A DNA stretch of 64,000 bases, taken from positions 1 through 64,000 of the forward strand of contig JALMLS010000287.1 of the NCBI GenBank assembly GCA_038496445.1. The letters are read 5' to 3'. A model generated the notes under the pieces. That model made no database searches and had not been told where the DNA came from. It saw only the letters and a program-made list of their open reading frames with translations. This document shows, in pieces, positions 1 through 12,427 of this stretch. The position numbers and the translations under genes were made by a program. This stretch comes from Trichosphaerium sp. ATCC 40318 (Eukaryota > Protista > Tubulinea). Position 1 is the first letter of the stretch, and the number at the start of each line of letters is the position of its first letter.

Positions 1-578
1 TTGTAACTTGTCCGTTTTGTATTGGGTATGACAAGTTCAATGAGCCGCTCTTTGATAAAGCGTTATCACCAATATAAGTACCTAACTTCTTTGTAAGCAG
101 ATATAGATACATAATACAAACTACAATCTCATAGAAGGTTGACAAAAAACAACACTCGCCCAACTCTCTTATAATCCTTTTGTGTCTTTATCCACAGCTC
201 ACAATTGCACACAATCATATGTTTGCGTGTAAAGAATGCAACAAAGGTTATAAATAGGTCTTTTCCGTTGAGAATGTGCAAAAATCAAATACGAGATTAT
301 CTGAATTTGTTTAATGGGAATCATAAATCAGAGTAGTATCAGTTGTGTTTTTGCGCTATCTTGTGCGTGTTGGGCGCTATTAGTACCAATCACGGTTGGA
401 AATATAGTATGGGGCGCTAGAACTACTAAAACCGGCTAGGATATTACTAGAGCCCATAGATATGATTATCGGGTCGTTTCTTCCATAAGTAGTTCTAAAC
501 AATAAACAAGTCTATTTATATGTAAAACGCACCCATGTTCGATTCACCATCATTTTTCGCGTTTGTAGGCGCTTTCAT
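1..578 (-). pseudogene. Divergent actin-related gene, 5' part (continues off the left edge), frameshifted
   Basis: The minus strand gives DPIIISMGSSNILAGFSSSSAP / TIFPTVIG (~470-383) and TYIGDNALSKSGSLNLSYPIQNGQVT (78-2), matching actin [29 protein letters not shown] and [25 protein letters not shown]. The frame breaks near 478 and 411, both in short homopolymers, so it is a pseudogene or carries assembly indels. Confidence 0.65.
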
Positions 579-950
579 TGTGTTTGTTGCTAAATTTAAC
601 GCTGCCTTAACCTTTTTGATATCTTACTTAATATGTTTGCAATCACGTGATACAAAGGCGTTTTCAATACACAACAAAGAAACAAGACAGGAGAAAGGTT
701 AGGTACGTAGTTAGCCTGTACCGAACGATAAAAGACGACAGGCTTAATAACAATGTAACAAAAGTTGACAGTTAACATTTAACCCGTTCACTCTATCAAG
801 ACCAGTGTATGTACGTCTATTCAAAACAGTACAAAGAATCTATAAGTTAACCGGTAATGCATTACAAAATCTAATAAGAGGTATGTGCTGCTGCAAACTT
901 GTTTATAAAAAAAATCTCAGGCCATGTTTACAATATGGTTTTTTTTTTCG

Positions 951-2937
951 TTACTGCCACCTTGCTAATCTAGTAAAGCTTTTGCAGTTTGTATAGATGT
1001 GGTATCATCCGATGGCGATATAGCCTCAGTACGAAGTGCTCTTTGTTTATACTCAGGTATTAAAAACAATGTAGTAACAACACCCATTGCAGCAACTTCT
1101 GCACATAAATAGAACATGAAAGCATAACCATACTTCTTTGACAAAGTCTCAAAAATAGCAACACCCTAAGACGTTATAAACAACAAATTACTTCTAAGAG
1201 ATATAAGAGAGTCGTACCAATACTGCACCAGCTTTACCAGCAGCTGCTGAAATACCATGGCAAGTTGTTCTTATCTCTGTTGGAAAAACTTCTCCCGGTA
1301 CAATAAAAGTTGTTGTATTTGGTCCAAGGTTTGAAAAGAAGAATGTAAGTCCATAACATACAACAAATAATGTATGACGTTTCTTAATTTGTTCATAGAA
1401 TATAGCCATCATAAGAAAAGTTAAAGCCATAAAGAAAAATCCAAATAACTGAAGGTATTTACGTCCAATATATTCAACTGCAGGAATAGCAATCCAGTAT
1501 CCTATCGGTCTTTCGTTAGGACATTCTCCACTTGGTAAAAAAAATTCATCGTTTCTTTATCACGGGAGACACGTGTAGGTTTTATATACAAGGTGTTCTG
1601 TATCCACAAGGTACCTGGAAGTGCGATAGCTGCTATAATGAGTGAAGCTTCTGCTGTTTGAATTGACTTATCACGAGGTCCAGTTTTAGAGTCACCCAAT
1701 AAATATTGCACAACAGTTTCCTAAAAAAAAGAAGTTGTTAACAACTTCATTTCATGGCAGGTCATGGTTGTGGGAACTTGCTTTGAATAATCCGTTTCCA
1801 TAAAAAGTGATATCAAATAAGAACCAGCTTCCAGCGGTTCCAAGAAGTGTCCATTTATAACGCCAAAGAAGTTTTGGAATGTTTGTTTTTATCTTCGATG
1901 ATGCAGCGACAGTTTTCGAGTGCTGAAAATGAGAAGACTCATGTAACTGGAACCTAAACATCTCATAGAGTTAGGTGAATGCATAACATTGCCTATGGCT
2001 ACAAACGTACCGATGGTACGCAGTTAGAATACAAGGAATAGCTCCAAAACCAAGAGCGATTCGCCATACATATGATAAAGGAATAGGTTTGATGACGAGA
2101 ATGATTACAACCACTAAAGGCGCTAAGAAATTACCGACGCCTTGCATGGAGAATACACCGGCCATGGCCATACCCCTAATATTTAATTAAACGCGAGAAC
2201 AATGGTCAAACACTAAATTTGCTACCTCGACTTTGCTGAAGAAGATTCCGCAGAAATTGTCGCTGATAGAGGGTACTCACCACCAATACCCATTCCAAGG
2301 AAGAAACGCCATGTTGCGAGTATGTAATAGAAATGCCCTGATATTTTAAAGGCAAAGGCACTGAAAAAACACGTGTTACAATACTTTTATTTTAGGTTTT
2401 AGTTCGAACTTTCGTAGCGAAACTGAGAAACTAAAAAAAGTTGTTTTTCGTTTTTTCAAGTCACGTGACTACGCACAATGTATTTGTATTGTTTACGAAG
2501 TTTACGTACTAAAATATGCAATGGGAAATGGAAAAAAAAATACTTAAAGACTTGGATACGAGTGTATGTACCTCAAAATAGCGAAAGCGATGATCATTAT
2601 CAAAGTACATAAGAACATAACTTTTCTTCCAAATAAATCTCCAGTGAAACCAAAGAAAAGCTGTCCAGACATTGCTCCAGCTAATACAGCAGCAGCAATA
2701 GCAGTCTCTATAGCAATAAAATAAGCGAATACGCTTATACAATCTAAATAATACAAACAACTTACTAGCGACTGTAGAATCATCTTCAGGACTTACTTGT
2801 CCAATAATAACGAGCACCTAAGAAATGTCACATAAAGAAAAGTTTCTGTTTTCTAATACCATGCCAATAACGAATAAATCGTATGCGTCGGTCATAAAAC
2901 CGACACTAACAACAAGGAAGCGAATGATAGGATTCAT
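951..2937 (-). CDS. PHO84: MFS phosphate:H+ symporter (PHO84/PHT1 family), about 8 exons
   Basis: Spliced motifs GFMTDAYDLF, GQLFFGFTGDLFGRK, GMGIGGEYPLSATISAE, VFSMQGVG, SWFLFDITFYG, FFFSNLGPNTTTFIVPGEVFPTEIRTTCHGISAAAGKAGA. ATG 2937, TAA 951. Confidence 0.93.
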
Positions 2938-3323
2938 TTTTAACCTTGTACACGTGCGGTGTTAAACACAAAGCAACAAAAGTAAAGAAGAAAAAAAAAG
3001 TCAAAATTTAACAACTGTTTGTCTTTGTTCGAGCTTCTATAAACGCAATGTCATCAGTGTCGCCACATACTTACGTATACGTTCAATATTGATATAAATG
3101 GATACAATACGAAAACCAATTCTTGAAATAAATTTATTTTTTGTACTTTCTTGTGACATACCATCTCCACCTTCTTTTTACAATTTTTAATGGGTGTTTT
3201 TTTTGGATTTTATGGATATTTTCAAGGTTTCTTTTTCACATTGAAATAAATAGTTGTGATGGGCTCAGTACGTCTTTTTCTTGTTTTGTTTTTGTTTTTT
3301 TTTTGAAACTCCATCATGACCAC

Positions 3324-5936
3324 TTAAAAAGGATTCAAGTCTCCAAATAAATCATTCTTTGTTGCAGCTGGAGCACTACCTACAGTAGGAACAGCAGGAG
3401 AGGATGACCAGTTATTCTACAAAAAAAGAGTAAGCGAAAGAAAACTGATGACTTTTTTTTGACTTACCGAGGCTTTTGCGAGCATTGGTGGTCTTGGGCG
3501 TTGTTGAGGTTGTTGACTGTACATTTGACCATTACCGAATTGAGATTGTGGTACAGCAACAGGTTGAGAACCGAACTGAGGTTGGAAAGGTTGTGACGTC
3601 ATAAAAGGTTGTTGACCACCAAACTGTTGTTGTTGGAACTGTTGGTGTTGTTGAAATTGCTGTTGTTGCTGGAACTGTTGTCTCTGGGCTGGTGTAGGAT
3701 TCGTATTAAATACGTTACCATGAGTAATAGAAAAGTTGAAATTCTTTGGAGGTCTTTGTTGCTGTTGGTTATGACCAGCAACATTAGGAACATTTGTATG
3801 ATGCAATTGTGTATTAATAGGTGGTTGATTTCCATTAGGTTGAGTAGGTAAGAATGGTGTAGCATTAAGACTAGGTTGCTAAAAAAAAGAATAAATCAGC
3901 TGAACGGCAAAAAAATAAAAGCATCGAGTCAACTTCATTTAACAACCACGCGTACTTGAGGGTTGGCAACAGGTACTCTGTTTGTAATAGGTCTTGGTTG
4001 AAGTGGATTCATATCCATTAATAGGCTAGATCCAGTAGTGGTACTTGGTGTAGGTGCAGTATTGAACATATCAAATGGATTCATTGCTGCAGGACCAGCA
4101 GCGGATTTCTTAGGTTTACGTTTTCTTTGGCCCTTTGATGCTTGTTGATTAGATAACGGATTGTTTTGTTGTCTTCTCTTAGCACGAGAGTTGTGTAAAG
4201 CATCAAACTCGCCTTCACGAACCTAAACAACCAAATAAGAACGCAAACAAACAAACGAAATAAACAGCAAAAAAAAATTGCAAAATACATACACTCTCTT
4301 CATCAACATCTGACACTTCACTAGTATCACTAGCATCATCTTCTACACTCTCACCTCTCTTCTTTTTATAAAATGCCAAGGCCTATAATGCGTAAGCGCT
4401 CCAAAAAACAACAAACTCCAAAAAAACTCCAAAAAAAAGTTTTGTTATATCGTACACCAGAGATCTCGCCATTAACGTTTAACAACAAATCCAAAGCGAC
4501 TTCATTACCCATAAATTCATTAACAAGAGTGGTCATTGTTTCCTGCTTCTTTACAAGCCTAGCAGCAATATTGTTTGCCTACAAACATAAGTAAACCACC
4601 ACGCGCACGAGGAAATTATAAACAACAAAAAAGCTTTTTGGTTTTTTCTCGGTAATACGCACAATATCACTGTTTCTTGCTTGTTGTGTAGATGTGACAC
4701 CTTTAAAGACCTCTCTGAGTCGTTTAATAGCTTCACGGGATTCTGATACTTCAGTTTTCACACGCAATGGCACTTTACCTTGATTAACGTAAGAAAATGC
4801 GAAAAAAAAAACCCTTGTTAAAGATACGTACCCTTCTTTTTGCCTGTCTTCTTTTTAGACTCTACTTTATCGTAATTGCCACCATCAGGTTTCTCTGGTA
4901 CACTGTCATCCTCTCCATAAGGAAATTGGATATTCTAATAACATAAGAGTTACAAAACAGAAATTCTGGGATTAGTTTTCCGTGCGAAAAAATACGAAAA
5001 AAAAGCCAAGAAAAGGGTTTACAGCGGATATAATAACATCAAGGTAACAAAAACAAGTGTAGTTTTCGATGACGTACCTTTCTGAGTAATTGCATGTACG
5101 TTGTGTAGAATGTTCTGTATTTTAATTTTTTCTCGTGGTAACCAACACCCCATTGACGTATCTACCGTATAAATAAGCAACGAAGTACTTTAAAAGCAAA
5201 CAACATATCACGCTATGAGTAAAAAATAAAAAAAATAAAAAAACGCACCAATCGAGCTGCTTTCTGTCCAATTAGATTTTTAAAGTTCGCTTTACCATTC
5301 AAAGCGCTCTTACGCTTTGTATAACGCTTTTTAACAAGGCTCTTCATTTCTTTCATGAATATCGGGTGAGCAACAAACTCGTGAAATGGTGAGCCACAGT
5401 ACTTCATACATGCTTCTAAAACCTAACAGAATTCGTGTTAGTGACTTTTGTAGATAACGAAGTTCAACAAAAAAACTTGGTTCACCCAAAACACAAAATG
5501 TTTTTTTGGGGTTTTTAGGGGTACTTCAGGACTGAGTTGTTTAAATGCGTTTCGTAATAAAAAATTAAAGCTGAGAAACGTACACATAGAGTTAAGAAAA
5601 CGCATACGGGATCCTTGTCTTTTAGTTGCTTTTGTATATGTGGTACAAGTAAAGCAGCTCTTAGATGATAATTAGCCATGACAATTGTGCGTTAGACGAA
5701 AAGTTATTTTATAGAAGCAACAAAGTGCTCTATAACGCGGTTTTAAAGAAATGTAAACCGTCGGCCAAACGAAGATAAAAATACAGCCAAATGATTCCTA
5801 AAGCTATAACGTACCCTCGCCTTGTATCTGCTATCACTAGGTCGACAAGTTTGAAGATCAAAGGCCATTGAGGTTTCATGGTTTGGTGAGTGCTCTGGCG
5901 AAAAAGCGGTAGCACGTCTGTTGTGCTCACGCTCAT
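3324..5936 (-). CDS. TOM1: TOM1-like VHS + GAT endosomal adaptor with Q/P-rich tail ending in NPF
   Basis: VHS-like PQWPLIFKLVDLV...LEACMKYCGSPFHEFVAH..FMKEM; helical GAT-like segment (MTTLVNEFMGNEVALDLLLNVNGEI); C-terminus NDLFGDLNPF*. Confidence 0.75.
3606..3685 (-). repeat. Coding low-complexity (Q4F)n repeat in the TOM1-like tail
   Basis: QRQQFQQQQQFQQHQQFQQQQFGGQQ, encoded by CAA/CAG-rich 15-18 nt units. Confidence 0.85.
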
Positions 5937-6322
5937 TGTAATTTATTAAGGTGATTACCGCGGATGTTGAGGCTGTGTGGAGTGCGTAAAAATGGCTTTT
6001 TAGAAATTTCGTCATTTTTGATTTCACCGTGAACTGAGAAGCACGTCTCTAGTTTATTAAACAAAAAACAACCTACACGCGCCCTTTTGATTGCTAGGGA
6101 ATCGATTTGGAAAATAACAGACCGAATGTTTGGTGTACTCCCTTCTGATACTAATGTTGCCATATGTCGGTAGATTCACGCACAGAGTACACAGATAAAA
6201 GGTCGATTGCGTCTAAAAAAAACTTCGAGCCAAAAAAAACCCTTCAACAATTCTACTTTACACAGTGAAGAAAATTCTGCAGTTTTAGTATCTGGTACTT
6301 CCTAAATATCTCCTCCATATTA

Positions 6323-7547
6323 TCACGTCACTACCGATTCAAAATATCCAGTGTCATTAAGCCTTAGTACATACAAACCATCTCCTTTTGTTCCCTGATG
6401 CCTGTTATTTCTTTCCCAAGTAGAATCTACGATGTACCTGCTATAGTTAGCTTTTTCTGATTGTAATTTTTTTTTATTTTCTGAAAAAACATCAAAAGTT
6501 GCGTACAACATGCCACGGTGGTAAACTACTTTTATAACACTACGCGGAGTTTGCGGTATGATAGCATTCCAATTGTCCTTTACCTTACGTATACCCTTAA
6601 AAAGCTCACAAGTATAAAAATAGCCATCGCCATCCACTACAAAAAAACTATTTTAAGAAAAACTGATATCAAATACAGTCCAAGACGGACCTGCTATTGA
6701 ATTTGTCACTGTCCCTACAAGCTTTGTATGATCTACAGGACCTTTAGGAGTCAAAAGCTCAACGACTTGTCGTCTTGCATTCAAGAGAAAGACTCGTGAC
6801 TCAGAGTCAATTGTGAAAGGTACAACTTGTTCGCGATGAAGTGAATGAATAAACTCTGGATGACCTGTGCCACGTTTTATACATTTCAATCTGTTCAACT
6901 TTGTGTAATATATGTTACCCTCACCATCATTTGTCATTTGTGCACTATCACTCCATTGACCACCTTCTCCAATGAGAACTCTTTGTTTTGTATGTGGATG
7001 ACTTAAAGTAGCAGATTTTGGTTTTGACAATTTCCAGAATCCTGTATCATCTATCAACCAAATATCGTCATTATGATCAACAGCGATTGCTGAAGGTCTG
7101 ACGAACGTGTTGTATCGACTGTCGAGCTTTATCTTTGTGAGACGTTGGAATCGTACACTGTAGAAATGGACATGCTGTGTTTCGTAAAATAAGACTAATA
7201 TCTACAACACACAAGTAAGTACACTACGTCCATGGACGCTGCAACGGTTTTTTTTTTTTGGCAAGTTGTAACGGCGCGTATTATTCGGTTTACCTCTTTC
7301 CTACTAGTAATCGCTATATCTCGTACGTGGAAGCCCGGAGGCACTGCATGAATACGCGCTGGGAACTGTTTAATTGTAAGTTAACAATTTTAACTAAACG
7401 TATTCGTACACGCCACTCAGGAGTTGTGGCAATGAAATAATGCATAAACTTGGATACTAGGAGACATCTCTGTATAGCACGTTTTGGTACATCAAGCAAT
7501 ATATGATAAAGCACCTCAGGAGGTAACTCTTGAATAGGTGCTTCCAT
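6323..7547 (-). CDS. F-box protein with NHL-like beta-propeller
   Basis: N-terminal IQELPPEVLYHILLDVP...CLLVSK F-box; RPSAIAVDHNDDIW, NDGEGNIY, IDSESRVF and spliced IAVDGDGYFY repeats; 2 introns. Confidence 0.75.
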
Positions 7548-7707
7548 TGTAGCTGCGTATTACAAAGACCCTTCCAAAATGCTTAACTTAACTACTGTGT
7601 TCACGAATTCGTAGCTAGTGCTATATTCAGCCAACTGCATTGCGAGCTCTTCTTGTACCTTCCTCTTTAGGTGGACTGTTAGCTTAACTTTGTTAAATTG
7701 TATTACA

Positions 7708-8636
7708 ATGAGTAAAGAAACAGCTGCGCATTGTACCACAGGTGTTTGCTCTGTTATAGGGCTATTATTATTCGCCTTATCGCTTTGCTTTTGGCAATCG
7801 GGTATATTACTTCTTTAAATAATCCTTACTAACGCTTTTAAGGATGGTTAGGCGTAGGCACAGATGTTGGCAGCGCCCAAGGTTAGTTTTTTGTAAACCA
7901 TTTTATTTATTGATAGTTTTGCTTAGTTGGATGGTTACGGTTCGAAATAGACGTAGGAAAGCAATTTAAGTTTGTGTTCTAACAAAACGAGAAGGTCACT
8001 CAAGGGAATACCACGAGTGGATCTCTAACCACTAAGGAAAGGACTCTACTGGATTTCAGCCTCATAGGTACAAAACTTCCATTTTAACGCAATTAAACTC
8101 ATTTTATCTTTAAATACTAACAACCAACCATTTAGCTGGTATTGGTGGTATTGTAGCGTTTGTATTCAACGCGGTAAGCTAAAACACAAAATACTTTACC
8201 CTAACTTTTGTCAAAGCTTGCTTTTTTGCTTCTATGTGTTACCACTGTTCTTTCTTTTATACGCGCAAGCGAAAAAGGTAGTTTTCGCTTATCCAGAGCA
8301 ATAAAATATTGCTCCCTTTGTGCTGGGTAAGCAAGTTTGAAGCGGTTTGTTTGATGAGTTTTTCTCTCTCATTTTATTTCTAGGCTACTCGGATTTCTTG
8401 GCTTTGTAGTATACTTTGCAACAGGATTTACGAGTATTCAAGATGAGACTCTTCCAGGTGGGGCATTAGTGACATCTTGTTGTTGGCCTGTACGCACTAA
8501 TGTTTTCTTTAACACGTTTTCCTGGTTTATTCTTATTAATTCTTGATAGCTATGGGCTACTGGTAGTGCTCTACTTGGCTCTTTTGTAGCTATACTTATA
8601 ACATTAGTAATGGTACAGTATGTACACAAATATTAG
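7708..8636 (+). CDS. Small four-TM membrane protein (claudin/PMP22-like topology)
   Basis: Spliced product MSKETAAHCTTGVCSVIGLLLFALSLCFWQS...GIGGIVAFVFNA...LLGFLGFVVYFATG...WATGSALLGSFVAILITLVMVQYVHKY* has four hydrophobic segments. Family assignment is inference. Confidence 0.55.
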
Positions 8637-9099
8637 TACATCAAAACAATGTACATGTGTCGCATAGCGACTATATTTATTTCTAAAAACAAATACAATT
8701 AAGAGTTTTGTTTTATATGACTTCAGTTTCTTTGTATTCTGTACAATTATTAGAGCTTCATTTCGCTGTAGTCCTATCTCAGGTAGAAAAGTAGACTTAC
8801 TAAAATACATTGTTGCAAAATGCGAGACTGGCATTGTGCTATGTATAGCCACTCGCACGAATACTGTTGGATTTACAATTTCGTTAAGAAATATTTGTCG
8901 TTGGTTCTCATCCATCACGTGGTCAGGACTGAATTTCTGTGAAAGAAGACTTAAGCCATCTAATGTAATGTTCCCAATGAATACAACAGTTTTCGTTGCA
9001 AATTTGTCTTGAATAGCGCCTTGTATGGCATCACTTCAGAACGTACACACTGAACAATGCGTTTTTACTGCCTCTACTGACACAAACTAGTGTAATAAC

Positions 9100-9720
9100 A
9101 TGAAATCACGACAATCAGATACCGAAAGTTACATATTACGCCTTCCTGTTGAGATACAACTTGATATAATTGATTTAGACTTTGAAATGTATCTAAAGTG
9201 GCCACTACTATCAAAAAGGGCTGCAATGAATACTAGGTATGATGTAGAGCTTAAAAGACATGGAAAATGGCTTCAGATAAAGAACTACAATAGCCAAACA
9301 ACTGAACAAGTCGAACAGCAAGATTCTTATGTAGAAAAAAAAACTTGTTCAAAAGTCATTGTTGTTAGTCAGTATTCCTGGGTTCATGGCAAGCGTAATG
9401 GAGAATGTAAACGTTGGCATGATAATGGAAAGTTATTTATGCAGTGTTATCAAGTCGATGATAAAATAGAAGGAGAGTATAGGTGTTGGTATAACACTGG
9501 CCAACTTTACGAAAAAAGTCAATATGTCAATGGTAAACTAGAAGGTGAGCACATGTCTTGGTTTGAAAGTGGACAGTTGAATTTACAGTGTAACTATGTA
9601 AGTGATAAACTGGAAGGAGAGTATAGTTCGTGGTATGATGACGGTCAATTGGCAACACGTTGTAATTATAAAAATAACAAACAAGTCCAAGCACCACTAG
9701 ATCAATTTTCAGCTGACTGA
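9100..9720 (+). CDS. F-box-like + MORN_2 (YwqK-like 24-aa) repeat protein, intronless
   Basis: ILRLPVEIQLDII...KWPLLSK F-box-like N-terminus, then about 4 W(Y/H/F)xNGQLxxxxxYxxxKLEGE repeats. Confidence 0.85.
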   Translation: MKSRQSDTESYILRLPVEIQLDIIDLDFEMYLKWPLLSKRAAMNTRYDVELKRHGKWLQIKNYNSQTTEQVEQQDSYVEKKTCSKVIVVSQYSWVHGKRNGECKRWHDNGKLFMQCYQVDDKIEGEYRCWYNTGQLYEKSQYVNGKLEGEHMSWFESGQLNLQCNYVSDKLEGEYSSWYDDGQLATRCNYKNNKQVQAPLDQFSAD

Positions 9721-10109
9721 AATAAACAACTTTTTTAATTGACATACGTTAGAATAACCGTTGCGCCAGCTAGACAACTAATACGTGATTGTTTGGGAGG
9801 AAAGACAACATTTTAATGGCTATCAATAGCACATTGATGTCGTGTATATTGTACATAAAACAATACACGGAACTTGTGCGAATTACATTACATTCTGTAA
9901 AGATATGAATTTTTCAAGAATAGAACAGATTCATCCATTTTTAGACAATTAGCTTCTAGATGACAATGTGCTTAAGACTAAGCATAAACTAATAGCTCTT
10001 CTTATTATTTATATCAGACTATTCTCTTTAAGCCTAATTACTTACTAGTTATAAAAGATATTCGAACTTGCATAATTTCTGGTTTTTTTTATTGACATTT
10101 GTTTTCACA

Positions 10110-12091
10110 CTAAAAGTACACTTGCTGAGCATCACTAGGATGCCCGATATTAGGACAATATGGACATTTGAACCTAACGAATAAAATTAATAATCCATAC
10201 AGTAATAGAGAGGAAATGAAATGGAGCTGGTACCTGTTATCTCTATCAGTAATTCGTTTTAGACTCTCTTTTGAAATAACATGACCACAAGGTATACGCA
10301 TAGGTGGATTAGATGGCGTTGTTTGCTCCCTTGCAACAGGGCAAGCAAATATAGAGTGATATTTCCCATACTCACCCAGACCTTGAACGGGAACCTAAAA
10401 AAAGAGTTAAAAGCAAAGCGTTACTATGTTTACTCAACTGGAAGTCTATCAGATTTGATCCACGTGTGTGCGCCCAATGATCCTGACTTTTCTGCTGCCT
10501 TTAGTAGTTGAGGTAGGGCAATTGTGCCAGAAGTAATACTACTCAGAATTAGAGACAAACACCAAAAAAAACGCGATAAACAAACATGCAACAAGCCATA
10601 CCAAGTGTAAAGTGGAGAATGTTCGGCTAATCCAAGCATCTTACAATATACTCTACTAAATTTTGTACATGTTTCTGACCACACCTAAGCACGTCAGTAA
10701 TAATTTAAGATAACAAAAAACTTACTGAGGGTCCGAGTAACTTAACGTAAGGTGAGTCTTCAAAATTAAATTGGAAAACCATAGCACCCATCAGTTGCCT
10801 TTTTTTAAGTGAGTCCCACGTGAACCATGTTTAATATTTCCTACCTTATTTCATTCATGTGATTTTCTTTGAATACATGAAAGTGGTTTCTTGCATAAAC
10901 CAACGCTTCACCACCTTGACCGCTCAAAAGCTTCAAAAATTGAAGTTTGTGAAAATCGAACTCAATACCACTTTCCTCAAGGTTTTCACGATTTTGTGCA
11001 GCCCACCTTGATTGACATTATTATAGAGAACATATAAAAATACAGTTTGATGCTTTTGAGTTACAAACAAACCTCAAAAACTGAAATCTTTTCAGAAAAC
11101 TTCAAGAAAAAAAAAGTTCAAAAATTGAATTCGTACTCGATTGCAGGTTGTAAGTTTCTTTGTTTCAGTCCAGCCATTATTCTATGTAAATCAATAAAGG
11201 GTTTCTTCATATCATCTGGGATCTCTGTGTTGGACTCCTAGAGAATAAAAGTGAGTTCAAGCGCCTTGACCGAAAGAGCCGTTTTAGTTTTAATCAAAAT
11301 GGCGAAATCTCCTAACGGTGATCACAGTAGCGCTTCTAGGCGCATACCTTTAAGAACTGAGTGCCCAGGTCTACCATACCCTCCCTACAGAGGTGATGCG
11401 CTATTGCTTTGTTCAATAACGGCTTTGGAAACTTAACGCCCCTAGAAGCTCTAAAGATGTCTGTTTCAAACCCCTTTTAAAGTAACAATGTGAGACATAG
11501 GCACATATCAACTTTTTTAACGTAGAATTACGTTCGTGGTTTACCTCATCGATTGATTTACCAAGCTTGTTGATGGCTACATGTAATTCTTTATGGCCTA
11601 CAGGAGTTTAGTATTGTTAATCCACGCTAGACTGAGAAAAACATGTTTTTTGTAATTCGGTTACAAAAAAAACGTTTCTAGGTGGAAAGAAAAGGTCTGA
11701 TTATGGTTTTTTACGCCTCAATAAATAAAGTAAACAGTAACTAATCTATTTTGAAGAGCGTTGCGCAAATTCTACTTAATTTATATTTAAAAAAAGGCTA
11801 GCGTTACTTCTACGCCTCTTTAGATTGTATACCCTTTGAAAACTGTTTCCTTGTTTCGCTCGTAACGCTTTTACTCATACCGTTTATAGAGTTGATTACT
11901 AACTGTCTAGGATCTTTTACGTTCTCTAGTACCTCGTCACGTACAGCTATGGTACAAATAACAGTACCTGTGCCTAATAACGTTCTGTACTTTTTGCAAT
12001 CCTCAAGCCACATCGCCACAGACTCTTTTGTGGTATGCATAAGCTTCTGTTTTTTGAACACTGTTTGTAACGAGGCCTCAACGGCCTCCAT
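10110..12091 (-). CDS. RMND5: CTLH/GID complex RING subunit RMND5/Gid2
   Basis: HKELHVAINKLGKSID; LisH LLNKAIAHHLCREG; CTLH/CRA region; degenerate RING [29 protein letters not shown]...FKCPYCP...QVYF*. Confidence 0.92.
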
Positions 12092-12427
12092 GGTGCGCTT
12101 TCGAGGCGACTTGTCAAATACACTTGTAATTGTGAATAGAAACGCCTTGCCTAGCGTGTTGGGTATGAAGGTCAATATCAGTCTCAAGCCTTTTTTGACA
12201 AGTCGAGTAAAAAGATCAATTTCTCTTCTAAACCATTTTTTTGAAACAAGGCTAAAACCCTTGTATTACGGAAGGATTTGCCGCATTAAAGTTGATAGAC
12301 CATGTGTAGGTAACTACCACGTGATGATAGAAACTCAGTTTTATTGTTTTTCTCTAAGTTATTTTTTTCTGCTTACTGAAATACCTACCCTACTTACTAA
12401 TGTACCACCATTTCAATGATGTAGTAT

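Noticed and set aside
418-497. 10-bp inverted repeat TAGAACTACT/AGTAGTTCTA
   Set aside because: Short, lies within the actin-like exon, and is compatible with chance.
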